This document shows positions 11,630 through 24,572 of a stretch of 64,000 bases of DNA, piece after piece. The stretch comes from Octopus vulgaris (lineage: Eukaryota). The notes beneath the pieces are model-generated. The model was not told the origin of the DNA. It saw only the letters and a list, made by a program, of their open reading frames with translations, and did not search any database. How positions within the stretch are numbered: position 1 is the stretch's first letter; each line of letters starts with the position of its first letter. A program made the translations under genes and the position numbers. The DNA lies in the NCBI GenBank assembly GCA_951406725.2, contig OX597820.1, positions 31,682,001-31,746,000 of the forward strand. Direction: 5' to 3'.

Positions 11630-11785
11630 TTACACATATGAAATCTCATACGAATATATGTTTTAATATCTGAATACACACATTATGCTATTCCTAATAT
11701 ATTTAAATGTTTAACTGCATAAAACAGTTTAATTTGCATATTTCCCAGCGTCGAGGGCCCTATCCAGCCACCCACGAACAGCAAA

Positions 11786-11820
<35 letters not shown>

Positions 11821-12087
11821 AGCACGAAAATTTACCGCGCGTTTTAGAGGTGTGAAGTGACATTTTTTTCTTATCCATAACCGAATTTTATCTTGGGAGG
11901 AGTGGTGGGGAGGTTATCTATGCTAAACTTACTGTGTCTCCGCTCTGTAAAAATTATAGGGGGCCCAAAAAAGCGGTGACCCTTTAGTGTTTCACAGGAT
12001 CATACACACACGCACGCGCACGCACACACACACTAACACACACAGAGACAAACACGCATACACGTCCTAACGTTCTTTTATATTTAG

Positions 12088-12127
<40 letters not shown>

Positions 12128-12243
12128 ACACACATACATACACACATACACACACACATACACACACGCATATGTGGATATGTTTATAGATTGTTGGAAG
12201 TCGGTCAAACTCTGTGTGTGTGTGTGTGTAAATATATGTGTTT

Positions 12244-12286
<43 letters not shown>

Positions 12287-12352
12287 TACATATATACATA
12301 TATACACACAAACATATAGCAGTAACTAGACATGTGTGAAGCCGTTCCTTTT

Positions 12353-12384
<32 letters not shown>

Positions 12385-12782
12385 CACATACATAAATATA
12401 TACACATACATACATTCATGCATATAGAAATACAGTTAACTTTAACTTTCATTTATACACTGTATATACACACACACACACACACTCACATACACAAACA
12501 CATATTCATAACTATATACCCACGGGAAGATATTATGCTTAACATTGCAAAGTAATGAAATTCTTGTTTCAATTTTTGTTTTACTTTTTTTTAATATATT
12601 TTTTATTGTTCTTTTGTCACAAGGTCTATTGTGAGTTGTTGTTGATTAACCCTAGGTTGAATCAGACCTGACCTGGTAGACCCATAATTAATGATGTTCC
12701 AGTTGTGACCACATCATATGTTTCTAGTCCTGCCATAATGAATCTAGCTCTACATTCTCGAAAGTGTCTGCGGGATCTAAAG

Positions 12783-13070
12783 CCACGACGACGACAACGA
12801 CGACGACGACCACCACCATCACAACCACCAGCAATACCACCACCAGCACCACCGGCAGCAGCAGCAGCAGCAGCAGCAGCACCACCACCACCACCACCAG
12901 CAATACCACCACCACCACCACCACCACCACCACCACCACCACCACCATCACTACCAGCACCAGCACCAGCACCACCACCATAACCACCACCACCACCATC
13001 ACTACCAGCATCAGTACCAGCACTAGCACCACCACCACCACCACCACCACCACCACCACCACTGCCACCT
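12783..13070. repeat. Compound trinucleotide repeat (ACG/ACC/AGC)n
   Basis: Directly visible. Confidence 0.9.
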
Positions 13071-13786
13071 CTAAAGACATCTAGGAATACATTATCAAAT
13101 GTTCTTCTTGAAGACGATTATTTGATTTTGAGCTAGATTTAGCTGTTATTTGTAGAAAGTGAAGTATTTGTCCCGGGTCTTTAAGTCCTCCTGAGTTCTT
13201 GAGCGATAAATTTGATCCGTCATCCAGTTTAACAGCACAGTCTAGTTCTCGGGTATCTTTAGTAAAGTCCATTTTGTTTCAGGCATTCGGGCCGGGTATC
13301 TGGTTCGAGAATAACTCCTTCAGAAAAGTCTCAAAGGTCTTGAAAAAGAAAGGAAAAGAAAAGGAAAAAGTCCATAGGCACTGCTCTTCTCTCCTTTACT
13401 AAATAGTAACATAAATAAAAACCACGCAGCAAATGAGGTACCGCACAAAAATAGGTACAAACGTGAATTGTTTGTATATAACTTAATTTCGTTCAAAAGG
13501 CTTGGTTTGAGTCGAAGCCACGGTAGAAAACTATACAATAGCATCGAGCTCGAAAGTATGTGACCACGAAAGGAAATTCTGTCACATGGTCAGTAACTTT
13601 ACAATCGAGATTTCGGTTTAAAAATTATTACCTACAAAGTCCGGTATGACTGGTATCATAGATCATTCTGTCTATCAGGCATAAGAGTGCAGCAATTATC
13701 TGCCAAAGAGTCTGTCACGATACGAGCGTGGCATTACTTTGACAAAAAGCAAGTGAGATTAATTCTACAGTACGATACAAAGCATA

Positions 13787-13861
13787 TGATAATAATGATG
13801 GTGATGATGATGATGATGATGAGGAGGAGGAGGAGGAGGAGAAGGAGGAGGATGGTGACTG

Positions 13862-13895
<34 letters not shown>

Positions 13896-14635
13896 GTGGA
13901 CAACGATGATGACGTCCATGATGATAATGATGATGATGATGACGACGACGACGATAACGATAACGATGATGACGAGGGTGAGGGTGATGCTGACGATGAT
14001 GATAATGACGAGGATGAGGATAATGAGGGTGTTGAAGATAGTAATGATGATGATGATGATGATGACAATCATCATTAGCATCACTTCACCACCATTATCA
14101 TCATTTTCGGCACAATCTTCATTATCAGCAGTCTCTCCCCCTCCTCCTCTCTCAACATCATCCTTACCACCGTCAGCATCATCGTCATCAATATGGTTAG
14201 CGCTCGCACGGTTTGTGATGACAAAATTACCACAATAACACCAACACCACCACCACCACCTTCCCCAACCACAACCACTGTCACCATCTGCAACAACAAC
14301 AACAACAACAAACATGCTGTGTGCTCTACCTCCATTTCCATCATCAGTAAAATATGAATGGAAAGTTGAAAATATGAAAACAACGACGGCGGTAATGATT
14401 ACGACGATGACCAGGTAATGATGACGGTAATGATGATGATGATGATAATGACGACGATGTCGACGTCGATGTCGACGTCGATGATGATGATGATGATGAT
14501 GACGACGACGACGACGACGACGATGATAATGAAAAATTCGAAACATGGAAACCAAACTCTCAACAAATGTTGGTGCCACTCCTTCTGCACACCCCAAGCA
14601 CCGATTTCAGTCTAGTATATCGGCCCACCCACCCA

Positions 14636-14680
<45 letters not shown>

Positions 14681-14732
14681 GTCATCATCATCAACATCAT
14701 CACTATCATCACCATCATCACTATCATCATTA
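13787..14732. repeat. Compound trinucleotide repeat region (GAT/GAG/GAC/CAT)n
   Basis: Directly visible, with short unique spacers. Confidence 0.9.
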
Positions 14733-15025
14733 TCGTTTTTATCGCACTGGAAGCATGACCGACTTTTCAAAATAAAGTCGTACTCTTGCTTATGAAATAG
14801 CAAACGTAATAAGATATTACGTGTGTGTGTGTGTGTGTGTGTGCGTGTGTGTGTGTGTGTGTGTGTATGTGTGTGTGTCTGTGTGTGTATGTGTGTTTGT
14901 GTGTGTATGTCCTCACAAATTGAAAAGTTTCCCGCCAAAATATATTCTGACACAACAACTGGAATGCACGCATATGTATGTGTACTGCTGTGTATGTATG
15001 TATTTGTGTATACATGTATGTATGT

Positions 15026-15076
<51 letters not shown>

Positions 15077-15248
15077 TATATGGATACATACGTACATATA
15101 TATATATATATGTATATACATACACACATACATATATATATATATATATATTTATATATAAATATTTATCATGAATATGTACATAATTATTCATACATGT
15201 AAGAAAGCATGGATGTATAGAAACCTGCATTTATCAACTATTTAACTG

Positions 15249-15320
<72 letters not shown>

Positions 15321-15680
15321 TACATAAGTACATAAATATGTATAATAAAATGTGCGTAAATGTATACAAATATGCACCAACATATATATATATATATATA
15401 TATGTGTTTGTGTGTGTGTGTCTGTGTGTGTATATATATCTATGTATATATCTATGTCCAAACACCCACGCACATATTAAAATGTGAGGTATTTTTCATT
15501 AAACATTTTAGACTTCATCAGTATATATATACACACACACATACATACAGATATATATATATATTCATACATATGTGTGTGTGTGTATACACGGATACAT
15601 ACAAAGATACATATATGTACGTATGTATGAATGATATATATTTATATATATATGTGTGTGTGTGTGTGCATATATATATG

Positions 15681-15711
<31 letters not shown>

Positions 15712-16034
15712 ATATATATACATACAGAGAAGAGAAAGCTAGATAGAGAGATAGGGAAGAGGAAGAGAGCGAGATTAAAATGGAAGTATTTTCGCTGTCA
15801 ACTCTAAACAGATGTTTAAGATTTAGTGAAATTCCAGGCCAATAGATGTGACAATTCTATTAGTGTCCATACGCCAGAAATATGGCACTCCACACCCTGA
15901 TTAACGTAGGAACGGTAGGGGGTGCTGACTGCCCATGCCCACCCACCCTCATACCGACATTTTCTAAATGGTGGCATGCATTGCAGCAGCTGTTGCTATT
16001 AGAATTTGTGTTGCTATAGCCGGCACCACCAGCG

Positions 16035-16090
<56 letters not shown>

Positions 16091-16206
16091 GCTGCTGCTA
16101 CTACTACTACTACTACTACTATACACATATGCTTTCATTTGCGTGCGCGGGTACGCACACACATATCTATACGCATGTATGCTCTTTTAACTTCTAGATA
16201 TACCGA

Positions 16207-16240
<34 letters not shown>

Positions 16241-16247
16241 TGTGTAT

Positions 16248-16580
16248 AGGCGCAGGTGTTGCTGTTTGGTAAGAAGCCTACTTCCCTACCACATGGTTCC
16301 GGGATCGGTCCCAGTGCGTGGCACCTTGTGCAAAGGTCTACTATAACCTCGGGCCGACCATAGCAATGTGAGTGGATTTGGTAGACGGAAACTGAAATTT
16401 TATATGTCTGTGCGTGTGGGTGCGCGTGCGCGTATTTGTGTGTATGTGTGTGTGTATGCACTTTTGCGTCTGTGTTCGTTTGCCATCACAGCTTGACAAC
16501 CGGTATTGGTGTCTTTACGTCTCTGTAACTTAGCAGTTCGTCAGCTGTCACCGATAGAATAAATATCAGGCTTAAAAAAA
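16248..16580 (+). mobile_element. SINE family A, diverged and 3'-truncated
   Basis: Same head and body as 546-937. Confidence 0.85.
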
Positions 16581-17611
16581 CCGAGATGTGTGAGTCAAAT
16601 ATGCTTCCTATACTATTTGTTTAAAATAATGCTATGTAAGCAGTTTTTTGTACATGATGTAATTGATTTCTTCATCAATAAAAAACACGTTTGAAACAGC
16701 TGTAGGGAACATCAGCCCATTTGTGTTATTATTTATACTACTCCACACTTGGAAGCTTCTCCGCGTTGGATCTTGAGCCTATAGTGGAGCATGGACTACA
16801 AGCTGGAGTATTGTCTTTCGTGATTGTGCATATACGTTGAGTGTATTAGGTCTATACTTGTGGAGGTATGTGTAACTGTAAGGTCAAATCTATTTATACT
16901 CTTTTTAGTACGTGAGTATCAGTACACGTTGTTGATTTACAGGTCTTTGACTCTACCTTAGTGTCTTTTTTATTAAAACACCTCGACTATTGGTTCCTTC
17001 AAATACTTATATATGTACGTATTTATATGTATATGTACGTATGTATGCATGCATATACGTGAATGTCTATCGATTATATAGTGACTTGACAACGAAAATG
17101 TTTCTATTTGTTAAACAATATTTTAATCATTTAGAAATATTTTTTAAGTGAATGCGATTTCAAAAATGTAAGTTGTTTGTACAATAAGTATTTATATTTT
17201 AGCTTTCTTCAAACAAAATATTTTAATGGTTTTTTAATTATTTCCAAGTGAATACCATTCTAAAAAATATTTTTGGTATAGATATTTCGGAAAAGACCCG
17301 TTCGTAACCTCAGCGTGAAACAATTTTTTTCCATTGGTTCTTTTTTCGAGTGCATTCAACGTATTTCACTTCCAAAGATTTGGGTGTTATTTCTAGCACG
17401 GCCTGCCACCACGTAACTGTTATTTGCGATAAAGGACCCGAAATACATGTTACGTGGTAGCAGGGCGTACAAGAAATAGCAGCTGAATCTTTCCTTTTCT
17501 GGAGAAAATGGCTACTTACGCGTGATTTCGATATCGCATTCGTTGAAAGCATGCAAAATAATCTGGAAAAGAAAAAAAACCACGAAACAAAATTCTGTTG
17601 CTGGGAAACTC

Positions 17612-17650
17612 AGACGTTCCCGGTGACCCAACGGGTCACGCGCAGTCTAG
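17612..17650 (+). mobile_element. Helitron-like 3' terminus
   Basis: Hairpin GTGACCC-AAC-GGGTCAC followed shortly by CTAG|T. Confidence 0.6.
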
Positions 17651-17668
17651 TATATATGTATATATGTA

Positions 17669-17743
<75 letters not shown>

Positions 17744-17846
17744 GAAATAACTGAGATGCAGTTGAGAAGCACCAAATCATTGTGGTATTATCCATACAAC
17801 TCAAAGGTGAATAAAATCAAAATAAGCAACAGAGTATCAAGAGGTG

Positions 17847-17934
17847 ATGCAGTACGACTGTTTCAAGCGGCTCCATTTAATTGAACAATGTAATCATTAC
17901 ATCAATTTAAATGCAGGGCTATCCTCAGCTGCAT
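17847..17934 (-). ncRNA. Type I hammerhead motif with long stem II (inverted twin of 18063-18150)
   Basis: Minus strand: ATGCAG-CTGAGGA-TAGC...GCTT-GAAAC-AGTC-GTA-CTGCAT. Confidence 0.7.
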
Positions 17935-18062
17935 AAATAAATAGAATTTTTTATCAGTTGGACACATTAATATAATTTTACTCAAATTCTCTAATAGAGC
18001 AAGAAGCGGGAAAGAATAAAATGATATTAATGTGTCCAATCGATTAAAAATACTATTTATTT

Positions 18063-18150
18063 ATGCAGCTGAGGATAACACTGCATTTAAATTGATGTAA
18101 TGATTGCATTGTTCAATTAAATGGAGCCGCTTGAAACGGTCGTACTGCAT
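18063..18150 (+). ncRNA. Type I hammerhead motif with long stem II
   Basis: ATGCAG-CTGAGGA-(CATTTAAATTGA...TCAATTAAATG stem)-GAAAC-GGTC-GTA-CTGCAT: perfect 6-bp stem I, GUA cleavage triplet. Confidence 0.7.
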
Positions 18151-18195
18151 CACCTCTTGATATCCTGTTGCTTATTTTGATATATATATACACAC

Positions 18196-18575
18196 ACAAG
18201 GTGTTTGGGCTAACTTTGACGATTTTTAAATTTCTTTTCTTTTTTCAGGAAGAGCTTGATGTATTAGGGAAGAGTTAGAGTTGTTGGAGAGCATGAAGAT
18301 TAAAGATATAGTAGGGAAAAAGTTAGTTGACGTGGCGGACTGGAAACCATCTGAATGTGGGAAAAGAGTTAACCTGTATCAGGATGCTTCGCGCCGGGTA
18401 TGAAAACACTAACTTCACGACTGCTGCTCAATGCTCTGTAAACACTGTAAAGGCTATATGATGTGACAGTGAACCTTACATTCTTGATGGAGTCGTAGGG
18501 AGGCTGCTGTGTCATACAGTATACTTTGAGCATTTTTGAAACATGATAGAGCGTGTTTTCTTCTGCGTATGACCA
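18196..18575 (+). pseudogene. Probable Tc1/mariner-superfamily 5' remnant
   Basis: TIR-like CAAGGTGTTTGGGCTAA; frameshifted HTH-like reading ADWKPSECGKRV / CIRMLRAGYENTNFTTAAQCSVNTVKAI. Confidence 0.5.
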
Positions 18576-18717
18576 CATCATCATGATGGCCACCGTCATC
18601 GTCTTTGTCATCATCAGCATCATCGTCGTCGTCGTCGTCATCATCATCATCAGCGTCATCGTCGTCGTCATCATCATTATCATCGTCGTCGTTGTAATCA
18701 TCGTCATTGTGTTCATT

Positions 18718-18751
<34 letters not shown>

Positions 18752-19132
18752 TCATCATCACCACCACCACCACCACCACCGCCGCCGCCGCCGCCGCCGC
18801 CGCCAGCACCAGCACCACCACCACCATCACCACCACCACCATCATCATCATCATTTCTTTATTAACCTTACCATCATTGCCCACCACCCTCATCGCTTCT
18901 GTTACCACTACAAACACCACCACCGTTGCCGCCGCCCCGTCGCCGCCTACAAACCCTTCGCCCTTAGCCTCCATCACCACAACCACAATCACCACAACCA
19001 CAATCACATCGACGACGACCACCACCACCACCACCATCACCACCGCATCGACCACCACGACGTCTACCATCATCATCACTATCATCATCATCATAGTAAT
19101 CACACTCCCTAATACAACCACCATCACCACAA
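18575..19132. repeat. Compound trinucleotide repeat (CAT/CGT/CAC/CGC)n
   Basis: Directly visible. Confidence 0.9.
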
Positions 19133-19402
19133 CATGTATATTTTATATATGAATATGTATGCATTTGTGCTTGTTTGCAGTTTTTCCTTATGTCACAGCA
19201 CTTCTTTTCTAGCTGTCCACTCCCTTCTAACAAATTGTTAAGTATTAAAAGACTCAATATTAAATCGGTTAATAGATATTTTTGTCGATCTGTATATTTA
19301 ATGAAATATATATATATACATGCAATGACACACCTTCACACAGGCACATATACACACATATATATAGAGATATGGAGACAGATATGCACACGTATGGTCA
19401 TA

Positions 19403-19445
<43 letters not shown>

Positions 19446-19654
19446 GTATGTATGTATGTATGTATATATATATGTATATAGTGTGTATGCTTGTATTTGC
19501 ATATACATATGTGTATGTGTACCTAAATCTATCAAGTTACATATGTATGTGTGTGTGTGTGTGTGTGTGTGCGTGTATGTACATATATGTGCAACATAAA
19601 TATAAAGAAACAAGGACACACAAATTTACACTTTTATTTGTATGAATACACACA

Positions 19655-19687
<33 letters not shown>

Positions 19688-19729
19688 CACACATATACAC
19701 AGATGTACATTATATATAAAAATGTATGA

Positions 19730-19763
<34 letters not shown>

Positions 19764-20001
19764 GGACGTATCTATATCTATATCTATATCTATATACATA
19801 CATACATACATAAATACATACATACATACATACATACATACATACATACATACGTATGTATTCGTCTCTAAGTATAATTCGCTAATTTGCTTAATAGTCT
19901 TTAGGTCCTTTTTTGTTAATGTTTTCGAAAATCTTCCATTGCGTTTGCAAAACATCTGAAAAGATTTTCGTAGATAAATCACAAAACTTCAGCATACATT
20001 A

Positions 20002-20089
<88 letters not shown>

Positions 20090-20585
20090 CTTTTTTGAGA
20101 CAAAAGTTTGTTCCATTTTCTTCCCGACATATTTATTTCTCGTCATTACTTATTTATATTGTGATTTAAATTCAATACTAGAAAATGGCAGCGTTTTGTG
20201 TAAGTGTCGTCTGCATTTTCTCGCTAGTTAACACGTTTGATGGTCTACCATATTGTCTAATGTAGCAGCAGAATATCCGCCGTTTTCAGAGGAACAAATT
20301 CTTTTAAGATGTATATCACACCGCCATTGTATGTCTTTGTATGTATAATAATTGTTCTTGTTTTCTAGTCACTTAATTTTAATTTTCATTAAAGAGCAAA
20401 AATACACGCTTAAAGTACATGTATAAATAAGTATATATAAAATGTACGTATGTATATATGTTTATGTATAAATATATATATATATCTATATATATATATA
20501 CGTACATACATACGTACATACACACACATACATACACACACATACATACACACACATACATACACACACATATATATATATATGC

Positions 20586-20640
<55 letters not shown>

Positions 20641-20752
20641 CGTCATAACCACTAAGGAACTCACAAATCTGTGTCTGTCTGACTGTCTGTCTGTCTGTCT
20701 GTCTCTCTCTCTATATATATACACGTGTGTTTTCATGAAATTACACACACAC

Positions 20753-20787
<35 letters not shown>

Positions 20788-20845
20788 AGTAAGTATAGCT
20801 AGACAGACGTACACATACAAACCTAAATGCGCATATGCACCTATG

Positions 20846-20879
<34 letters not shown>

Positions 20880-20983
20880 TGTATGTATGTATGTATGTAT
20901 GTATGCGTGTACGTATGTATTTATCAGTTTATCTGTGCACATATCACTCTTTCCTTTTCTCTCTCTGTATATACATGCATACT

Positions 20984-21091
<108 letters not shown>

Positions 21092-21110
21092 TACATATAT
21101 ACATATACAT

Positions 21111-21173
<63 letters not shown>

Positions 21174-21796
21174 GATAGATAGATAGATATTATATCAAGA
21201 CACGTGTATAATCGTATATATAAAAATATATATGAATTATATATATATATATACATATATATACATACATACATACACACACATACATATATTTACACAC
21301 ACATATGGGAGTGAGGAATGAGATAGACAAAAAAGAGTAAGGAGAGAGAGAAAGAGAGAAACTAAAAGATAGAAGAGAGAGAAAGCGGGTGAGCGAGTTA
21401 GTAGGAGGGGGGCGAGGGGGTGGGGTGGGAAAGGAACAAGACAAAGATGGGGAGAAATTAAAAGGTCTACCCCCTCCCCTTTTGTGTATGCATTAAATAA
21501 GCTAATTGCTGTTTGAATGAATCGGATGTCTTTCAGTCTGTTGAAGTAAATGTTGTTTCGAGATGAAAGGAGGGGCGGGGAATTTAACACCCATAAATAC
21601 ACACGTACACTGACACACGTACACGCACACACATACACGCGTACATACACGTGCACACACACACACACACACAGATGCGCCGCACGTATGCATATTGTGA
21701 CGCGCAACGCTCGTACACACATGTTCTTTGTGTGGCCGTTATCACTAAATGCATCATCACTTCGTCATTGACATTGCCGTCATTAATAGCGCTGCC

Positions 21797-22103
21797 TTCA
21801 TCATCATCATCGCAACGACCACCACCGCCGCCGCCGCCGCCGCCGCCACACCACCACCACCACCACCACCACCACCACCACCACCACCACCATCACCACC
21901 ACCACCACCACCACCACCAACAACAACAACACCACCACCACCGTCATCAGCATCATCATCATCATCACCACCACCACCACCACCACCACCATCACCACCA
22001 CCACCACAATCATCATCATCATCATCATCACCACCACCATCATCATCATCATCATCATCATCATCACCACCACCACCACCACCATCACCACCACCACCAC
22101 CAC

Positions 22104-22138
<35 letters not shown>

Positions 22139-22160
22139 CCATCACCATCATCCCCATCAC

Positions 22161-22210
<50 letters not shown>

Positions 22211-22215
22211 GTATC
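21797..22215. repeat. Compound (CAT/CAC/CGC)n repeat
   Basis: Directly visible. Confidence 0.9.
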
Positions 22216-22361
22216 ATTATTTTCATCACCAGTAAACAAGGGTCACCATCGTTTTCCTCAACGTAATCATCAAAATCCTCTTTATCATTACCTACACCAC
22301 TTACACCACCCATCACCAGTACCTCATGATCTGATGTTGCGTGTATACGTGCGTGAATGCA

Positions 22362-22393
<32 letters not shown>

Positions 22394-22665
22394 AGTGTGT
22401 GCGTTTTTGTGTACACAGAATTTGAAATTACCTTTCTTATGTTGGCCATGTAAACTGAGAACTGAATGCTTATTTTTTGCTAAATTGAGCAATGAACTTA
22501 GAGCAATATGTACATTATATAAGAGCTTATCTCTCTATTTTGTCTTGCTCTCTTCCTCTCTTTATTTCTCTATGTGTATGTGTTATGTATATAGAAAGAC
22601 ATGTGTGTTTGTATGTGTGTGTGAGGGATGCGCGCTTGTAAATATGCATGTGTGTGTGTGTGTGC

Positions 22666-22722
<57 letters not shown>

Positions 22723-22729
22723 TGCATAT

Positions 22730-22875
22730 TTGTTTCTTTCTGTGTTCGTTTCTGTGGAAGAGCGTAGGCTCGAATCGTAAAAGACTTTTTCAATTTCAGA
22801 GCGTTTTACTAATACATCTGTTTGGTTTCTACACCACCTGTCTTCGTCTTTTGTTTTTTTCGTGAATTCTCCCAT
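22730..22875 (+). mobile_element. Solo 3' terminal repeat (pLTR) of the Neptune PLE family with decayed HHR
   Basis: CTGTGGAAGAGCGTAGGCTCGAATCGTAAAAGAC matches 24030-24067 (minus) and 37934-37971; ends in (TA)n. Confidence 0.8.
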
Positions 22876-23214
22876 ATATATATATATTGGGGTGGATGTG
22901 GAATGAACGAATTATTGAAATGATAGAGATAATAAAGTGTTGAAAAAAATGTTAAAATTATTATTTAAAATGTATAACATAAAAATAAAAAATATAAATT
23001 CATAAAAGCATAAAATATATATGAAAAATACATTTATTAAAATATTTATAGAACGTAAAATGATGGAAACTAAAAAGAAAAATACAAAATATTGGTATAC
23101 TCAGCCAACGGAAATGTAGTATTGGAGAAGAATAGAATATTTGCATTAAAGGTATAATTCTAAATTTAGCAAAGTATCGGAAAAATTGGAGAGACATTGT
23201 GATAGCGTCACTAT

Positions 23215-23798
23215 CATGTTGATGGTGACCAAATTATTAAAATGTACTTTGCGCAATATGGGCAGCTGCTGAAAGTTTCGTTTTTAATGTTGGCGCAAGT
23301 GCTTTATACTATGTGTCATACACCTCTTTTTGCGGTATTGAGTACACTCCTTTTACTACAGCTTATGTAAGGTTTGCATTAACCCGAGATTCTGCAGTTC
23401 ATGTTGTAGCCTTCATTCTACTCTTTTAATTACCAGACGTAAGGCGTATCTTGAGAGTTTCATTGCTTGCTAAAATATCTGAAAGTACAAGAGTAGTTGT
23501 TGAAGTTGGGCTTGAAAACGTTTTCTTTCATATCAATAAAGCGGTTTTGGTGTGTGCTGTAGTCCTGGTTTTTCAGGATTCATTTAACGGGCACACATTT
23601 TTGTTCCTACAATTGCAACCACCTTCTCTTGGAGTATAGGCTTAAGTGAGATTATTTAATTCATGTTATGGATAGAACTACAGCTAATCTGAAGAATATA
23701 CCTGTTGAATTCTATATATATGATTATTTGGGAAGTGCTTATCTAGTAACCTTAGAAGCATATACCAACATCAAGTTAAGTTTGATATTTACCAAGAT
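23215..23798 (-). pseudogene. Highly decayed PLE of a different clade (C-terminal GIY-YIG region)
   Basis: Minus-strand fragments [58 protein letters not shown], with many stops. Confidence 0.65.
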
Positions 23799-23862
23799 GG
23801 TGTATGTATGTATGTATGTATGTATGTATGTATGTATGTATGTATGTATGTATGTATGTATG

Positions 23863-23933
<71 letters not shown>

Positions 23934-24029
23934 CGGGAAGCTTTATGAAAATAGACAAAAGACGAAGGCAGGTGGAAAACAAACGAACAATTGTATTAGT
24001 ATGGCGCTCAGAAATATAAATAAAACAAG

Positions 24030-24067
24030 TCTTTAACGTTTCGAGCCTACGCTCTTCAACAGAAAGA
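24030..24067 (-). ncRNA. Minimal hammerhead variant in PLE 3' terminal repeat
   Basis: TCTTT-CTGTTGA-A-GAGC(GTAG)GCTC-GAAA-CGTT-AAAGA: perfect stems I and II, palindromic AACGTT, core A6 replaced by U. Confidence 0.65.
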
Positions 24068-24235
24068 TACACAGAGAGAAAAAAAAACACAGAAAGAAGG
24101 AGAGAAAAAAAATGCGTGCAGTAGCTAACGAATCAACATGGCGATCTGATTTCGGCCAGAGGTCAAAGATCAAACATGAGACGCGAGAGCGAAATAAGGG
24201 GAGATAATAGGGTTGATAATATGGTTGAAGGACCA

Positions 24236-24572
24236 GCTAATAGTGCGTAGGAGGGGTCTGGACGTGTGTATGTATAGGGTTGGTGTATGTATTAGTATGT
24301 ATAAGGGGTGTGTGTGTGTGTGTGTGTGTGTATGAGAGAGTATTAGTACGTAGGATTGGTGTGGACGTGCGTATGTATGGGGTTGGTGTATGTATTAGTA
24401 TGTATTAGTATGTATTAGTACGTATTAGTATGTATAAGTGTGTGTGTGTGTGTGTATGAGAGAGTATAAGTGCGTATGAGGGGTCTGGACGTGTGTATGT
24501 ATAGGGTTGGTGTATGTATTAGTATGTATTTGTACGTATTAGTATGTATTAGTTGGTGTATGTATTAGTATG
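24236..24572. repeat. Three roughly 110-bp tandem repeats in the PLE 3' UTR
   Basis: The unit ...GGACGTG(T/C)GTATGTAT(A/G)GGGTTGGTGTATGTATTAGTATGT... recurs three times. Confidence 0.8.

Noticed and set aside
12663-13116. Gly-rich minus-strand open frame (TFDNVFLDVFRGGSGGG...)
   Set aside because: Openness follows from GGT repeats, there is no start codon ahead of the Gly-rich tract, and the end runs into a dispersed repeat similar to positions 50-75.
15860-16162. Poly-Ser ORF with a unique C-terminus
   Set aside because: Microsatellite-driven; no recognisable domain or strong splice signals.
18369-18565. Minus-strand protein-like reading (AEENTLYHVSK...KHPDT) as a host exon
   Set aside because: No polypyrimidine acceptor; the plus strand is better explained as a Tc1/mariner-like remnant.
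24236-24572. CRISPR-like repeat-spacer array
   Set aside because: Eukaryotic context, spacers are not unique, no cas genes; it is a tandem repeat in the PLE UTR.
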